Assembly: GCA_964016885.1 (NCBI GenBank)
Contig: OZ024740.1
Location: 77,438,001-77,502,000, forward strand
Direction: 5' to 3'
DNA: 64,000 nucleotides
Origin: Eledone cirrhosa
Taxonomy: Eukaryota
The position numbers and the translations under genes are program-made. Shown one piece after another: positions 13,565 to 29,059 of this stretch; the first letter of the stretch is position 1; each line of letters begins with the position of its first letter. Below the pieces are notes generated by a model that ran no database searches, was not told where the DNA came from, and saw nothing but the letters and a program-made list of their open reading frames with translations.

Positions 13565-14015
13565 ACACACACACACACGCACAGATATATATGTATAAAT
13601 ATGTGTGTGTGTGTGTGTGTGTGTGTGTAGCAATATCCGTAGGTGGGAAAAGGAAAAGTAGAAGTGCAAAACCGGGAAGAGAGCAGAAATGTTATAATGT
13701 TTATTTATGTTCATATACGAGAGAAATGCGCTACCCTAGGTGCCAAAGCCCAAACTTTGACCATACCTCCAGAATACAAGAAGATTCAAATTAGTGACCT
13801 TTATTCTGGCGCTTATACGAGTTTATAAGATACCGTTAAAAATACTGCGTGCAAAAAACACGTGTTTACGAAAATAAAACTTATTTTAACAAAGGGAAAT
13901 AACTACAAGATGAAAATTTTCAATTTGAGTTCGTTATAGAAGCATTGTATTATGTGGTGGCATTTAATATAGGGATGGTATTGTGTAGCGCTTTTTTTCC
14001 GTGTATGAATAGGAT

Positions 14016-14050
<35 letters not shown>

Positions 14051-14315
14051 GGAATGAAACGAAATTTCATTTCTCACTCTTAGTACGGCTGGTACTTAAA
14101 TGTAAGTATGTATGTATACGTACATACATATATGTATACAGACGTACAGTAGTATGTATATATATACATACATGCACACATATATATATATATATATGTA
14201 CGTATGGGTTTACCGAACATTTATTATAATGCTCGGTTTGTTTGTAAACAAACAGCCCGAATTACGCCGTACAGTGTTCAGGCAACGATCGTCACCTTTA
14301 TATATATATATATAG

Positions 14316-15368
14316 GCTGGTTTGGTAATAAGTCCTCCCTCTTGCACCTGCGGTACAAGCAAGCACAAATAATCGCAGCAGATAAAATAAAGGCGTCCAA
14401 AGTTAAGACGTTGGGGTTAAGCTGAAATCCGACTTCAGATAAGCAAACAAAGTGTTCTGGCAGACCATCCGCCGAATTCGTAATGAGAAGCCCTCCTCCA
14501 CACCTGCTATGTTCGGATAAATGGTGCTAAATCGAAACCATTCAATGTGGGGGGGGGGGGGGAGTCGTACTGCGCCAAGGGTGCGTACTGACACCTCTCC
14601 TGTTCATTATTTTCATGAACGGGATTGACATGCGCAGCCGGGTTGGAAGTGGTATCACGACTGGCAGTTGTAAAATCAGTCGGCTGGAACTTAGATTTGA
14701 TGGCGAATGCTGCATGGCTGGAATGAAGATCAGTGCTGCTAAAACTGAGACACACGTCCTCTCAAGGATGCTTTGGCAGTGCGCTCTACATGTGAATGGA
14801 GTTCCACTGAAGCAAGTAGAGACGTTCAAGTGTCTCTGGACCATGTTCACGAGTGATGGAAGGAGGGAGGCTGAATTAAGTGCAAGAATTGCAGGAGCTG
14901 GTACAGTAATGCGCCAGTTTCAGCATTCGGTAATCAGAAGACGGGAGGTAGGTGTAAAAGCCAAACTCGCTATCTTCAATTCTGTATTCGTGCCAACCCT
15001 TAGGTAATGACCGAAAGAATACGATAACGAATACAAGATGCTGAAATAGCGGCTCTACCTGGAAAATCGTTCCAGGTAGAGCCGCTCCTTCTCCGAATTG
15101 AGAGATCACAGCTCCGATACTATAGGCGTGTGGTTAGAATGTTTCAGGAATGTTTCGGGTAAAACCAATCGGCAGGAGACCCATGGGTAGACCCCCAGTA
15201 AGTTGGTTGGATAACATTCAGGACCTTGGCTGGTCTTAATTGGAGATCCAACCTGTACAGTTGGAGAGGGTTGCTTCTGACAGGACCCGCTAGAAGGCGT
15301 GTTTGACCTCTCTGTCCCCACGACCCTCTCAGAAGAAGAAGAAGAAGAAGAAGAAGAAGAAGAAGAAG
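14316..15368 (+). mobile_element. Decayed RTE-clade LINE 3' part with (GAA)n tail
   Basis: QGCVLTPLLFIIFMN; GMKISAAKTE; LKQVETFKCL; KLAIFNSVFVPTL; tail at 15331-15368. Confidence 0.85.
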
Positions 15369-16767
15369 ATATCACGGCTGTTACCGCATCTCACTGATTT
15401 CTGTGCTAAGGTGTATATGAACATTATCACACATAAATGAAACACTTTGCGAATCTGCTGACAAATATATCACGAGACCATAAACTTCCATGTGCATCTT
15501 ATTGCCAGAAAGGGAATATACCTGGTGATAGAATATAGTGTATATATATTTATTTCAATCCTCTCAACCATAACTTTCAGCGCCCCAGATACCGTAGCGA
15601 AATCAAACTCAGCAGTAGGCCGATAGCTTTCCCGTTAGTTTCCTGGAGGTGTGCCGACATCAACTTGCATCTCCTTTGGCTAATTCGGGGGAAATCACTG
15701 AATATAAGTTATATGCCTGGACATTTTCTATCCCAGTCTACCATCCTTGTTTTCCAAAACGGAAGCAAGTCCCTTATAGTCAATAGCCAAACTACGTGCT
15801 GACAAAAAACACCATGCTGCTAAACGAGAAAAAAGTTTAGCTGTATTGCTTCGGAAGCGAGGATGCACTTAAACAACTAAATTATTTTCTCTCGGAAGGA
15901 GTTCTCGTGGTATCATATAACATGAGAGACATCAGAATAGCAGTGGACATCAGTAAAGATGTTCTCCTGGATTCTTAACACTTCCCAGTTTAGGCATCCA
16001 GATGCCATTATCATTCGCTTCTCTAGATTTGCTCGGTCTCATCTTCAATAGTTTTGCCCTCTGTAGTTTCCTCACATGAAACAAATTATTTCGTGAAAAT
16101 TAAAGCAGTTAAGAGATCAATTACAATAATTAAATAAAAAGATAAATCGATAGCAAGGCACACCATTATTGTGGCTGATCAAAAAGCTGAGACCTATTTT
16201 CTCCAAACTACCGTGTAAGCTATATCATTTCTACCACGTGGAAAATGTTCCGTCAATATTAAACAAATGATGCTAGCATCAGGTTTCTAGATTTCCTTAA
16301 GGCTTGGTTCCACGCGTGTTCAACAAAACTCGAGCTCAATTTACATAACAATATTATGATAGACCTGATTCACCTCAATAGTTTATACTCGCTCCAACAT
16401 TATACCGAAACAGTTTCGGATAAGTTTCTCCAACAAATTCCAAGTAAACTACTTCCACCCGAATAAGTTGTGGCCAACAACTCCCTACTAGAAGAGCCGA
16501 TGTTATCCAAAGTATGAATTGTGGCAGAAAACACACACACACACACATATATATATATTATATATATATATACAATATATATATGTTTATATGTAATTTC
16601 ATTATAACTACAGCTTTCCCTACAAATAAAACATTCTCACTACCTGTACTATTTCACTCGCTCCTCCGGCTCTCTTCGAAGCACTCACCCATTTCCTATA
16701 TTTGAATGTTATTACGTGTTCGAATATGGGCGTGTGTATATAATTATGTACAAACACACACACACAA

Positions 16768-16848
<81 letters not shown>

Positions 16849-16972
16849 TATATACCTACATACATACCTACACACATGCATACATACAAACATACAAACA
16901 TACACACACACATACATACATACATACATACATACATACATACATACATACATACATACATACATACATACA

Positions 16973-17003
<31 letters not shown>

Positions 17004-17005
<2 letters not shown>

Positions 17006-17958
17006 TGGCTCCCACTTTGAAGGATACGCTTTTGCAATCCAAGAACAGGAGATTACCACGAAATACCTGATTCACAAAAGAGATAGGGATGCAGGCAAAA
17101 CACCTAGATGTGATAACAAGTGCAGACTTTGCAGAACTAACATCGAAGATATCACCCATGTCATCAGCAGCTGTCCAAAGATGTCATCGCGGTACTATCT
17201 ACCTATGAGGCATGATGTAGTGGCCAAAACACTGTACAATGCAGTTCGTAAAAAAGATAGCCCCGATAATAAGCACATTAAAAGCTACAACAATGTGGAA
17301 GACATCCATGTACATAATATGAAAGACTACTGGTGGAATGTTCCAGTAAAACCCCCAATAAAATGCAGGCATAACAGACCAAATATTATGATATGGGACA
17401 GGGAGAAGAAAACATGCACAGTAGTGGAAATTAGCTGCCCAGCAGATGCCAATAAAATATCAAAGTTTAGTGAAAAGGAGAATATTTATGCAGAACTGAT
17501 GAGAAATCTGCAGATACTCCACCCTGATTACACCTCCAGATTTATGCCTGTGATTATTGGGGCACTGGGATATGTTAGTAACTGCCTCAATACTAATCTT
17601 GAGAAGCTAGGCTTCACAGGAACAGAAAGAACACAACTAGTTAGGAAATTACAAGTACAATCCATTAATGGAACAGTAAAAATATGTAAAACATTCCAAA
17701 AATTTTGCATCTAATAACTGCATATACACATGTACAGATACAAAGCATATACACATGCACACATACAACTCAAAACATCCACATCCACACATACAATAAC
17801 ATCCATATCTACACATGCATGCATGCAGACATGCATACATATCTGCCTACTTGATGTGTAAATTCCAATGAGAAAGTCTTGTGTCTATGTTAGAAACCGA
17901 CTCTCTCTCTATTGGTAAAACTTTGTGAAATTATAAAACCAGAAGAATATACATACAT
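17004..17958 (+). mobile_element. 5'-truncated R4/NeSL-type RLE non-LTR retrotransposon inside (TACA)n
   Basis: Open frame to 17714 with CRLC..H..SSC zinc knuckle, RHD, RPNI..D, EISCP, EK..Y and PVIIGALG. The 3' UTR ends in tacatacat. Confidence 0.9.
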
Positions 17959-18262
17959 GATGGCTGCAAACTCTGCTAAGAATATTGCAATCCCTTGTCA
18001 GATTACAGAATTCGTTGCACTTTTAGGCTATGACCAGCCGCACGAACCCGTAACATATCCTAAACAAACAATGCCTGTGCTTTGAAGGTTTTTTTAAGTG
18101 GGGAAAGGCCTTGCACTCAACCAATCCCACTCTCTGAGCATCGAAAACACTACTCGAAAATGAGAACTTATCAAGATCATCGGATGCTTCCGAAGCCGCA
18201 GGTTTTTTTCAGAGTTTCCCTCTCCTGAAAGGTGTTGTAACAACTGGAGACCTTTCACTCCC
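17959..18262. mobile_element. Non-coding repeat (LINE 5'UTR-like in reverse) flanked by (CATA)n
   Basis: Homologous to 45100-45375 and 21352-21650. Confidence 0.7.
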
Positions 18263-18489
18263 ATACATACATACATACGTACATACATACGTACATACGT
18301 ACATACGTACATACATACATACGTACATACATACATACATACATACATACATACATACATACATACATACATACGTACATACATACGTACATACATACGT
18401 ACATACATACATACATACGTACGTACATACATGCATACATACATATGTACACACATACTTACATACATATATACATATATAAATACATA

Positions 18490-18975
18490 TATAAGGAAGA
18501 ATATATTGAGACAGATGGCACTAAGGAATACTGGTTGACCCTGAAAATAAAAACTGCCACCAAATTAAAGCACAACCGGCTTGATATTGTTGTTTGGGAT
18601 CACACATTGAAAACGAGTTCTGTTGTGGAGATCAGCTGCCCACTTAATGTAAACGTTGTCAGAAAAATACAGAAGAAGGAGGACATCTACGGACCATTGA
18701 TGAGGAGTTTACAAATCCAGTATCCAAGATACACCTTTAGCTTCATACCCATCAATATTGGAGCTACGAGTTATATACCAACCCGTTTGGACCAAGGTAT
18801 GACTGAATTTGGATTTGCGAACAAATAATAATAATAATAATTCATAGTCTACAAATGGCTGCAATAGCTGGCACCTTCAAAATTTGCAAAACATTCTTGC
18901 GATTCAAGGGATGACAATTTCTTTTCTTTTACAACCTTGCCACCAGGAAGGTGGCCGGTCAAAAAAATATACTCG
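18490..18975 (+). mobile_element. Second RLE LINE 3' fragment
   Basis: YWLTLKIKTATKLKHNRLDIVVWD..VVEISCP..KKEDIY..PINIGA. Confidence 0.85.
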
Positions 18976-19079
18976 AAATTAAGAGAAAGAGATAACATAC
19001 ATACATACATACATACAAACATACATACATACATACATACATACATACATACATACATACATACATACATACATACATA

Positions 19080-19880
19080 CATGGTGGTTGCCAACTCGTT
19101 TTCGAGTACGGCCACTACTTTATATCCATGTAGGAGAACCCCTACCGATGCGCTGAACGAGTGTGACTTTTTAGTCCAGCCAGCGACTTGAAAACTCTGG
19201 TACAAACACAACACTTGTGACAATTATTGACACATAGGACTAAAAACAAAGCCTGTCAAAGGGCAAAGGAGCTCTTAAGAGTCAATGGCCATCTAAAATC
19301 ACCGGGAGAGATGACCCCTTAGCCTTTGTCAAGGCAGAATTCTAGGAGAAGGAAAATTCTGATATAACACCTGCAACTCTGATGGTATCCAATGATGTTG
19401 ACATACATACATACATACATACATACATACATACATACATACATACATACATACATACATACATACATGGTGGCTGCCAACTCGTTTTCGAGTACGGCCA
19501 CTACTTTATATCCATGTAGGAGAACCCCTACCGATGCGCTGAACGAGTGTGACTTTTTAGTCCAGCCAGCGACTTGAAAACTCTGGTACAAACACTACAC
19601 TTGTGACAATTATTGACACATAGTGCTGGGCCCATGGTACCATGTGACGACAAGTGCAGAGAGATCTCCAGATATAAAGCAATGCCTGTGCCGTGAAGCT
19701 TTTATAGTGAGCAAAGGCACTGCACAAAGCCAGCCGCACTCTCTTAACCAAGATGATATTTACCAAAAAGAAGAACAAGTCAACGTCATTGGATACCATC
19801 AGGGTTGCAGGTGTTATATCAGAGCTTTCCTTCTCCTGGAATTCTGCCTTGACAAAGGCTAAGGGGTCATCTCTCCCGGA
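19080..19880. repeat. Rearranged repeat cluster with a direct duplication and an inversion
   Basis: 19080-19236 is repeated at 19466-19622. 19302-19400 is inverted at about 19780-19879. Confidence 0.85.
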
Positions 19881-20291
19881 TATATATATACATACACATA
19901 TATACATACATACGTACATACAATCTTCTTACTCTCTATTTCCTTTCTACTCTTAACCCATTACCACCACCACCACCAACACCATCACCAACAGCTCCAC
20001 CACCAGAATCGTGACCACAAGCACCATCATCATCGCCACGTTCAATAAAAGTACAACACAACCATTCATGTTCATTGCTCTTCTGATATTGGTATAACTC
20101 TCTATCCTACACCTTTCCCTCTTCCCGCTGCTTCTCTTATATCTACCCCACCTCCATTCCTTTCCATTTTTTACCTTGCAATCAACGTCTCATTTCCCTT
20201 CACACTCTCTCTTACAACTCCTCTCTACCCTTCCTCTCCCTCTCTCGTTCTCTCTCTTGCTCTCTCTCCCCCCCCTCTCTCTCTCTCTCCC

Positions 20292-20965
<674 letters not shown>

Positions 20966-21195
20966 ACGTACATACATATATGTATACAGACGTACAGTAG
21001 TATGTATATATATACATACATGCACACATATATATATGCACGTATCGGTTTACCTGTGTGCATGTATGTATATATATATACATACTACTGTACGTCTGTA
21101 TACATATATGTATGTACGTATATATACATACATACTTGCATTTAAGTAAGTGCCGTACTAAGAGTGAGAAATGAAATTTCGTTTCATTCTATTCC

Positions 21196-21260
<65 letters not shown>

Positions 21261-21269
21261 CACACACAC

Positions 21270-21320
21270 AGATTCCTGATGATTTCTAAAGAATGAAACA
21301 GTTCTAGTCCTGTAGAATCT
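21270..21320 (+). ncRNA. Hammerhead ribozyme (family F)
   Basis: agattc CTGATGA t-ttc-taaa-gaa-t GAAA cag-ttctagtc-ctg TA gaatct. Perfect 6-bp stem I. Confidence 0.9.
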
Positions 21321-21351
21321 CATCTATATTAATATATATATATATATATAT

Positions 21352-21887
21352 GATGGCTGCTCCCTCGTTATCGAGTATGGCCATTGCACGATAGACCATT
21401 ATTAATAATTATTAATTAATTCTATCGTGCAATGTCTGTGCATGAAGATATTTTTTTTAAGTGAGGAAAGACTGTGCACTGAGCCAATCCCACTCTCTGA
21501 GCGACAGTAGCTATAACTCGAAAAGAATAAAGACTAACATCATCGGTAACTACTGAGCCGCAGGTTTTATATCGGAGTTATCCCAGTTTCCTGAGTTGCT
21601 TTCTCCTAGAAGAATGCCCCGACAAAGGCTAGGGGTCCGTCACTCCCAGTGGTTTAACCACGCGGTACATGTGTATATACATATTTACACACTTTTGGGT
21701 GGCCGTTGACTCTTATGAGTTCTTCCGCCCTTTGTCAGGTTTTGTTTTTTGTCCTGCAGGGTGTCCAAAATCACCCTGCTCACCAAGTAAACTTGGTAGG
21801 GACGCCGGTTTAGTCGCCGACGACCCGACCATGTGACAGGTTGTACTGGGTTATATGTTACCAGTAGCACTCAAGAGTGACCCGACA
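21352..21887 (-). mobile_element. LINE 5'UTR-like non-coding repeat
   Basis: Similar to 17959-18262 and 45100-45530. Confidence 0.6.
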
Positions 21888-21923
21888 TATATATATATAT
21901 ATATACATACATACATACATACA

Positions 21924-21972
<49 letters not shown>

Positions 21973-22038
21973 TTCGTTTCTTCGTTTCTGAATTTGTTTA
22001 GCAAGATTCTTTATCTGAAAACAAAGAAAGGAATCCCC

Positions 22039-22083
22039 AGTCACTGAAGAGGTCACAGAGTGTGTGACGAAAGGACTATGACT
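22039..22083 (+). ncRNA. Hammerhead ribozyme in PLE pLTR (family G)
   Basis: agtca CTGAAGA g-gtcaca-gagtg-tgtgac GAAA ggac TA tgact. Confidence 0.8.
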
Positions 22084-22758
22084 ATATATAAACAACTATC
22101 TGGTTGTGGAACCAACCAACCAACCAGAAATTTATAAGTTTGTAAATTTGTAAATTTATAAATTTATAAATATATAATAAATTGAAGTGAAAGCAACTGG
22201 TGCGTGTGTTTCTTATTGGCAACATGACCCTCCCAAAGTATAACAATATATATATATATATATATATATAAAGTATATATTGAGTTATAAACTCAGAATA
22301 GTCCCTTATAATTAAAATAGCTCAAGGAAAGATTTTCCGAGCCGAGTAATATAATTCAGTATAATAAAGATATATATATATATATGCATTTATATATATA
22401 TATAAATTTATATATATATATAAATTTATATATATATGTAATACAAATGAATATATCAGAGGGATGAACACCGATAGAAGTATACATGTGTTCATTTGTA
22501 TTACACGGCTCGGAAATATTCCCTTCTTTGAGCTATTTAATTGTAAAAGACTATTTTGAGTTTATAACTCTATATATGATATATATAAGTATACATTTAT
22601 ATAAATATGTATATATGTATATACATGTATACACATATGTATGTATATATATGTGTGTATATATATATCAACTAGAAATTGATTGACATATAAATATATC
22701 TAAAATAAACTTAATTTTGGATACATATAAATGTGTATATATATATATATATATATTT

Positions 22759-22808
<50 letters not shown>

Positions 22809-22882
22809 TGAATTTGTTGTGTGTATAGTATATGCCTTTGGTCGTTATCTTTACCCACGGTAACTAAAGTTCGATTTACAAA

Positions 22883-22967
<85 letters not shown>

Positions 22968-22970
<3 letters not shown>

Positions 22971-23119
22971 AACGAGTAGGACCCCAGAATTAGCCGTCGA
23001 AACGGCTTGAGCTCAGCCGTCGTGGTCCTACTCGTTCCTATTACCCACTCTACTACCCTAAGTATTGAGTACTTTGGTGCGTCATGGTCCACCTGGTTCC
23101 TTACCACATTTCCTTCGTT
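22968..23119 (+). mobile_element. (TA)n-embedded fold-back + tail element (half-HHR family)
   Basis: aggaacgagtaggacc...ggtcctactcgttcct plus a conserved tail attacccactctactaccctaagtattgagtac. Copies at 27418, 29308, 29510, 30068 and 62057. Confidence 0.85.
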
Positions 23120-23144
23120 ATATATATATATATATATATATACA

Positions 23145-23194
<50 letters not shown>

Positions 23195-23217
23195 TACATA
23201 TATATATATATATACAT

Positions 23218-23292
<75 letters not shown>

Positions 23293-23456
23293 TACATATA
23301 TATATATATATATTTATATATATTATATATATATTATATAATTTTATAATTTTAAAATATTATAAAATTAAATCAAATTATTTAACACTTCAAGTGAAAT
23401 CATTCTTTCCTTTTTTTTTCAAATATACCTAACTGTACCAAGGATCTCACACATTT

Positions 23457-23499
<43 letters not shown>

Positions 23500-23584
23500 A
23501 AAGTTAAAAAAGGTTCAATGAATACATCAGAGAATGACTGAATCTTAACCATCTACTATGTCGGGGTATGTCATGCATCACATT

Positions 23585-23649
23585 ATTTTATCTGATGAGG
23601 ACGTACTGTTGAACTTAACTCAGTACTTCTGAAATATGTATAATAAAAT
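23585..23649 (+). ncRNA. Hammerhead ribozyme (family H)
   Basis: attttat CTGATGA gga-cgtactg..cagtac-ttct GAAA tatgta TA ataaaat. Perfect 7-bp stem I. Confidence 0.85.
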
Positions 23650-23690
23650 ATAATTGATCACAAGAATATCTATTTTGTTAATATTTTAAA

Positions 23691-23731
<41 letters not shown>

Positions 23732-23980
23732 AAATGTGTGAGATCCTTGGTACAGTTAGGTATATTTGAAAAAAAAAAAGGAAAGAATGATTTCACTTGA
23801 AGTGTTAAATAATTTGATTTAATTTTATAATATTATAAAATTATAAAATTAAATCAAATTATTTAACACTTCCAGTGAAGTCATTTTTTCCTTTTTTTTT
23901 CAAATATATATATTATATATATATATATATATATAGTGACGAAACATAAGTCAATTACATGAACTCATAATCCTTTATTT

Positions 23981-24036
23981 ACTGCTATATATATTTCTAT
24001 GATAGCCATTGAATGGCTATGACCTCATCAGGCAGT
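23981..24036 (-). ncRNA. Hammerhead ribozyme (family I)
   Basis: Reverse complement: actgc CTGATGA ggtc-atagcca-ttcaa-tggctat-cata GAAA tatata TA gcagt. Confidence 0.85.
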
Positions 24037-24107
24037 TAGTCAGTTCTTATATATATATATATATTAATATAAGTACTCTCTCTCAAACACGTTCAAAATC
24101 ACAAAAG

Positions 24108-24139
<32 letters not shown>

Positions 24140-24358
24140 CGTACACACACAGGCATACACGCACGCACACATACTCACACACACACACTCCCCCCCCCCC
24201 CCCCACACACACACACGTAGTGGTTTTCCGCTTCTTCTATCACCCCTTCGAAATCTTCACTCCGGCTCCCGTACAAACATTTATAATCAATCCAAATTAT
24301 TTGTCTGCCCCATCCCCTACTCTCTCGCACCTTTACACAATCAAAAACACAAGCTGAC

Positions 24359-24454
<96 letters not shown>

Positions 24455-24561
24455 TCAAGCAGAGAGAAAGGTAAAAACACACACACACACACAGATAGAA
24501 AAAAGCACACATACACAAGGGTTATCAGTTTACCTTGATGCAACTAATACCTTTCCTAGAG

Positions 24562-24893
24562 GTATGTATGTATGTATGTATGTATGTATGTATGTATGTA
24601 TGTATGTATGTATGTATGTATGTATGTATGTATGTATGCGTGTGTGTATGTATGTATGTATGTATGTATGTATGTATGTATGTATGTATGTATGTATTAT
24701 GTATGTATGTATGCGTGTGTGTATGTATGTATGCATGTATGTATGCTTGTATGTATGTAAGTATGTAGGTATGTATGTTTGTATGTATGCATGTATGTAT
24801 GCATGTGTGTGTAGGTATGTATGTTTGTATGTATGTAGGTATGTATATGTATGTATGTATGTATGTATATATGTATGTATCTGTGTATGTATG

Positions 24894-24924
<31 letters not shown>

Positions 24925-24985
24925 GCATGTATGTATGCTTGTATGTGTATGTGTGTGTGTGTAGGTATGTATGTTTGTATGTATA
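24562..24985. repeat. (TATG)n compound microsatellite
   Basis: Direct reading. Confidence 0.95.
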
Positions 24986-25128
24986 TATTTATGCATATAT
25001 ACTAATAGGTATGTGTTGATACATGTATACACACACACATATATATATATGTGTGTGGGTCTTAATATGAATATACATATATGTATGTATATTTATATTT
25101 ATATAAAGACAGATGATAGAGAAGGCGA

Positions 25129-25312
<184 letters not shown>

Positions 25313-25345
25313 TACATATTATTTTATTTAACAAATATATATGTA

Positions 25346-25376
<31 letters not shown>

Positions 25377-25399
25377 CTACACAGACTTGTATATATATA

Positions 25400-25500
<101 letters not shown>

Positions 25501-25694
25501 GAATAAACCATATCGTGGCAAATGAAGAGGGTGTGTTCTATAGGTGTGTCAGTTGTTGTCAATCATTTATGTAAACACGCCTTCTATTTCCGGTGTAGGC
25601 GCGTGGCATATTACGCCAAGAACAACCTCTGCTCACTCTCTCTCTCTATATTTGTATATGATAAATAGAGATGAGGGAACTGTATAGATGTATG

Positions 25695-25791
<97 letters not shown>

Positions 25792-25907
25792 GTGTGTCTG
25801 TGTATGTCTGTATATTTCAGTATATGTATATGTGTATTATGTAAGCATATGTGTACCTGTGGATGTATGGATTGATACGTAGACGGATGAATATATATAT
25901 ATATATA

Positions 25908-25951
<44 letters not shown>

Positions 25952-26311
25952 TATATTGTCGAGTGCTTTATATCAGTTATAAAAATATTTACTTGTATCC
26001 CAACAATTTAAATAGAACTTTTGCATATATTCATATATATATATATATATATTCATATATATATATATATATATTCATATATATATATATATAAATATAT
26101 ATATAAGTATGTGTATGCATATATATAATTCACACACACACACAAACACACACACATATATATATACATATATATATATATAATATTTATACTTATATAT
26201 ATAATCTATATATAATTATAAAGAAGATAAGGGTAATATTTTGTATATGTATATATAGATACATAGAGAGATAGAGATAGATATGTACACATACATTTGT
26301 GTATATATATG

Positions 26312-26349
<38 letters not shown>

Positions 26350-26365
26350 CATTTGTGTATATATA

Positions 26366-26439
<74 letters not shown>

Positions 26440-26531
26440 AATGTATGTATATATATATAGAGAAAAAGAGATGAAATCGAAAATGCAACTGGAGTCTTAT
26501 TTTTTTTTTAAATATATATATTTATTTGGTT

Positions 26532-26569
26532 CCTTTACCGGTTTCGCAGTTATTCTGCTTTTCAAAAGT
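26532..26569 (-). ncRNA. Variant-core hammerhead (family J, UUGAAAA)
   Basis: Reverse complement: actt TTGAAAA gcag-aataa-ctgc GAAA CCGG TA aagg. Confidence 0.75.
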
Positions 26570-26644
26570 AAAGTTGAGATGGAGGGTCTGTGGTTTTTCT
26601 CACACCAGATGTGAGAAAAACCACAGACCCTCCATCTCAACTCA

Positions 26645-26682
26645 CCTTTTGAAAAGCAGAATAACTGCGAAACCGGTAAAGG
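26645..26682 (+). ncRNA. Variant-core hammerhead (family J, UUGAAAA)
   Basis: cctt TTGAAAA gcag-aataa-ctgc GAAA CCGG TA aagg. Confidence 0.8.
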
Positions 26683-26858
26683 AACCAAATAAATATATAT
26701 ATTTAAAAAAAAAATAAGGCTCCAGTTGCATTTTCGATTTCATCTTTTTTTCTCTATACTTTCACTCGTGTAGGACACGTCGGTTATTTTTCATTTTGTA
26801 AAAAAAACCTCACTTTCTAATATATATATATATATACACATACATTTGTGTATATATA

Positions 26859-26988
<130 letters not shown>

Positions 26989-27039
26989 CATTTGTATGTA
27001 TATATATATATATATATATATACAAGTATATATATATAT

Positions 27040-27080
<41 letters not shown>

Positions 27081-27248
27081 ATTTAGACTGCAACTGAAGA
27101 GAGTAACAAAACAATCATGATAGAATGACACAATATAATATATATTGTTATCTAATATATCGTCTGCAAGCTTTAGTAATATATATTCTGTAAAATAAGC
27201 TTACAGATATGTGTGTGTGTGTATTCATATATATTTTTTTTTATTTAC

Positions 27249-27399
<151 letters not shown>

Positions 27400-27579
27400 T
27401 GTATATATATATATATAGGAAAATGTATGACCCCGACGTGGTCACCACGCTAAAAATTTTAATTTAGTCCAGAAATAGCCGTCGGGGTCATACTTTTTCC
27501 TATTACCCACTCTACTACCCTAAGTATTGAGTACTCTGGTGCGTTATGGTCCATCTGGTTCCTTACCGCACTTCCTTTG

Positions 27580-27683
<104 letters not shown>

Positions 27684-27750
27684 CAAAGGAAGAGCGGTAA
27701 GGAATATATATATATTCTCGATAAACCATAGACCCTCCATCTCAACTCTA

Positions 27751-27787
27751 CTTTTGAAAAGCAGAATAACTGCGAAACCGGTAAAGG
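27751..27787 (+). ncRNA. Variant-core hammerhead (family J), third copy
   Basis: ctt TTGAAAA gcag-aataa-ctgc GAAA CCGG TA aag. Confidence 0.75.
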
Positions 27788-27914
27788 GACCAAATAAATA
27801 TATATATTTTTTTAAATAAGACCCCAGTTGCATTTTCGATTTCACCGTTTTTTCTTTATACTTTCACTCGTGTAGGACACCTCGGTTATTTTTCAATTTG
27901 TTAAAAAACCTCAC

Positions 27915-28059
<145 letters not shown>

Positions 28060-28320
28060 GTTATAAAGAGAAATACATACATACATACATACATACATAC
28101 ATACATACATACATACATACATACAATCATACATATATATATATGTGGATATATGTGTATATATATACTTTATATACAGGATGTGCCCAAAAATGTATAC
28201 ACTCTATGATAACTTATACAGGCAATATTTATTAGAATGCGCAGCCTTTCCCAGAAATAAAATGATCTACAGGTATAATTCAATGTTATGTGAACACTCA
28301 AAAACGTTTACAAAATATAA

Positions 28321-28478
28321 ATAATTGTTTCTACTATTTGGACAAGACCAACAAACACACAGTAGATTACTGGTACTTTATTTTATCGACCCGTAAGGAT
28401 AAAAGGCAACGTTAACCTCGTCAGGATTTGAACTTATGCTTTAAAGCATGGCGTCCGACCCTCTACCGATACCGCCAT
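28321..28478 (-). mobile_element. CORE-type SINE with internal deletion
   Basis: Homologous to 9601-9793. Confidence 0.8.
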
Positions 28479-28492
28479 ACAATAAACATGTC

Positions 28493-28644
<152 letters not shown>

Positions 28645-28815
28645 TATAGATATATGTATGTATGTATATATACATATATATATTATATATATATATATTA
28701 TATCCATATCTATATCATATATATATATAGAGAGAGATATATAGATATGATATATATATGTATATATATATATATATATACATATATATATTATATATAT
28801 ATGTACTATATATGT

Positions 28816-28858
<43 letters not shown>

Positions 28859-28916
28859 ATATATTATATATATTATATATATACACATATATATATATAT
28901 ATATATATTTTTTATA

Positions 28917-28998
<82 letters not shown>

Positions 28999-29059
28999 CA
29001 TAAATTAATAAAAACAATGAAATAAAAACAAAGAACAAGTTCCTTATATTAAAAAATTC

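Larger units (their letters stand above)
26457..26820. mobile_element. Fold-back element (about 150-bp arms) + tail in (TA)n, carrying two U3-A8 HHRs
   Basis: Arms are symmetric about 26607 and the tail spans about 26758-26820. A single-arm copy lies at 27720-27922. Confidence 0.9.

Noticed and set aside
21790-21887. Possible HDV-like ribozyme at a LINE-like 5' end (minus strand)
   Set aside because: Could not build consistent P1 and P2 pairings by hand.
26497-26717. Near-identical ORFs on both strands
   Set aside because: By-product of the DNA palindrome.
27095-27205. CTGAAGA in a TA-flanked island
   Set aside because: No GAAA or stem III could be identified.
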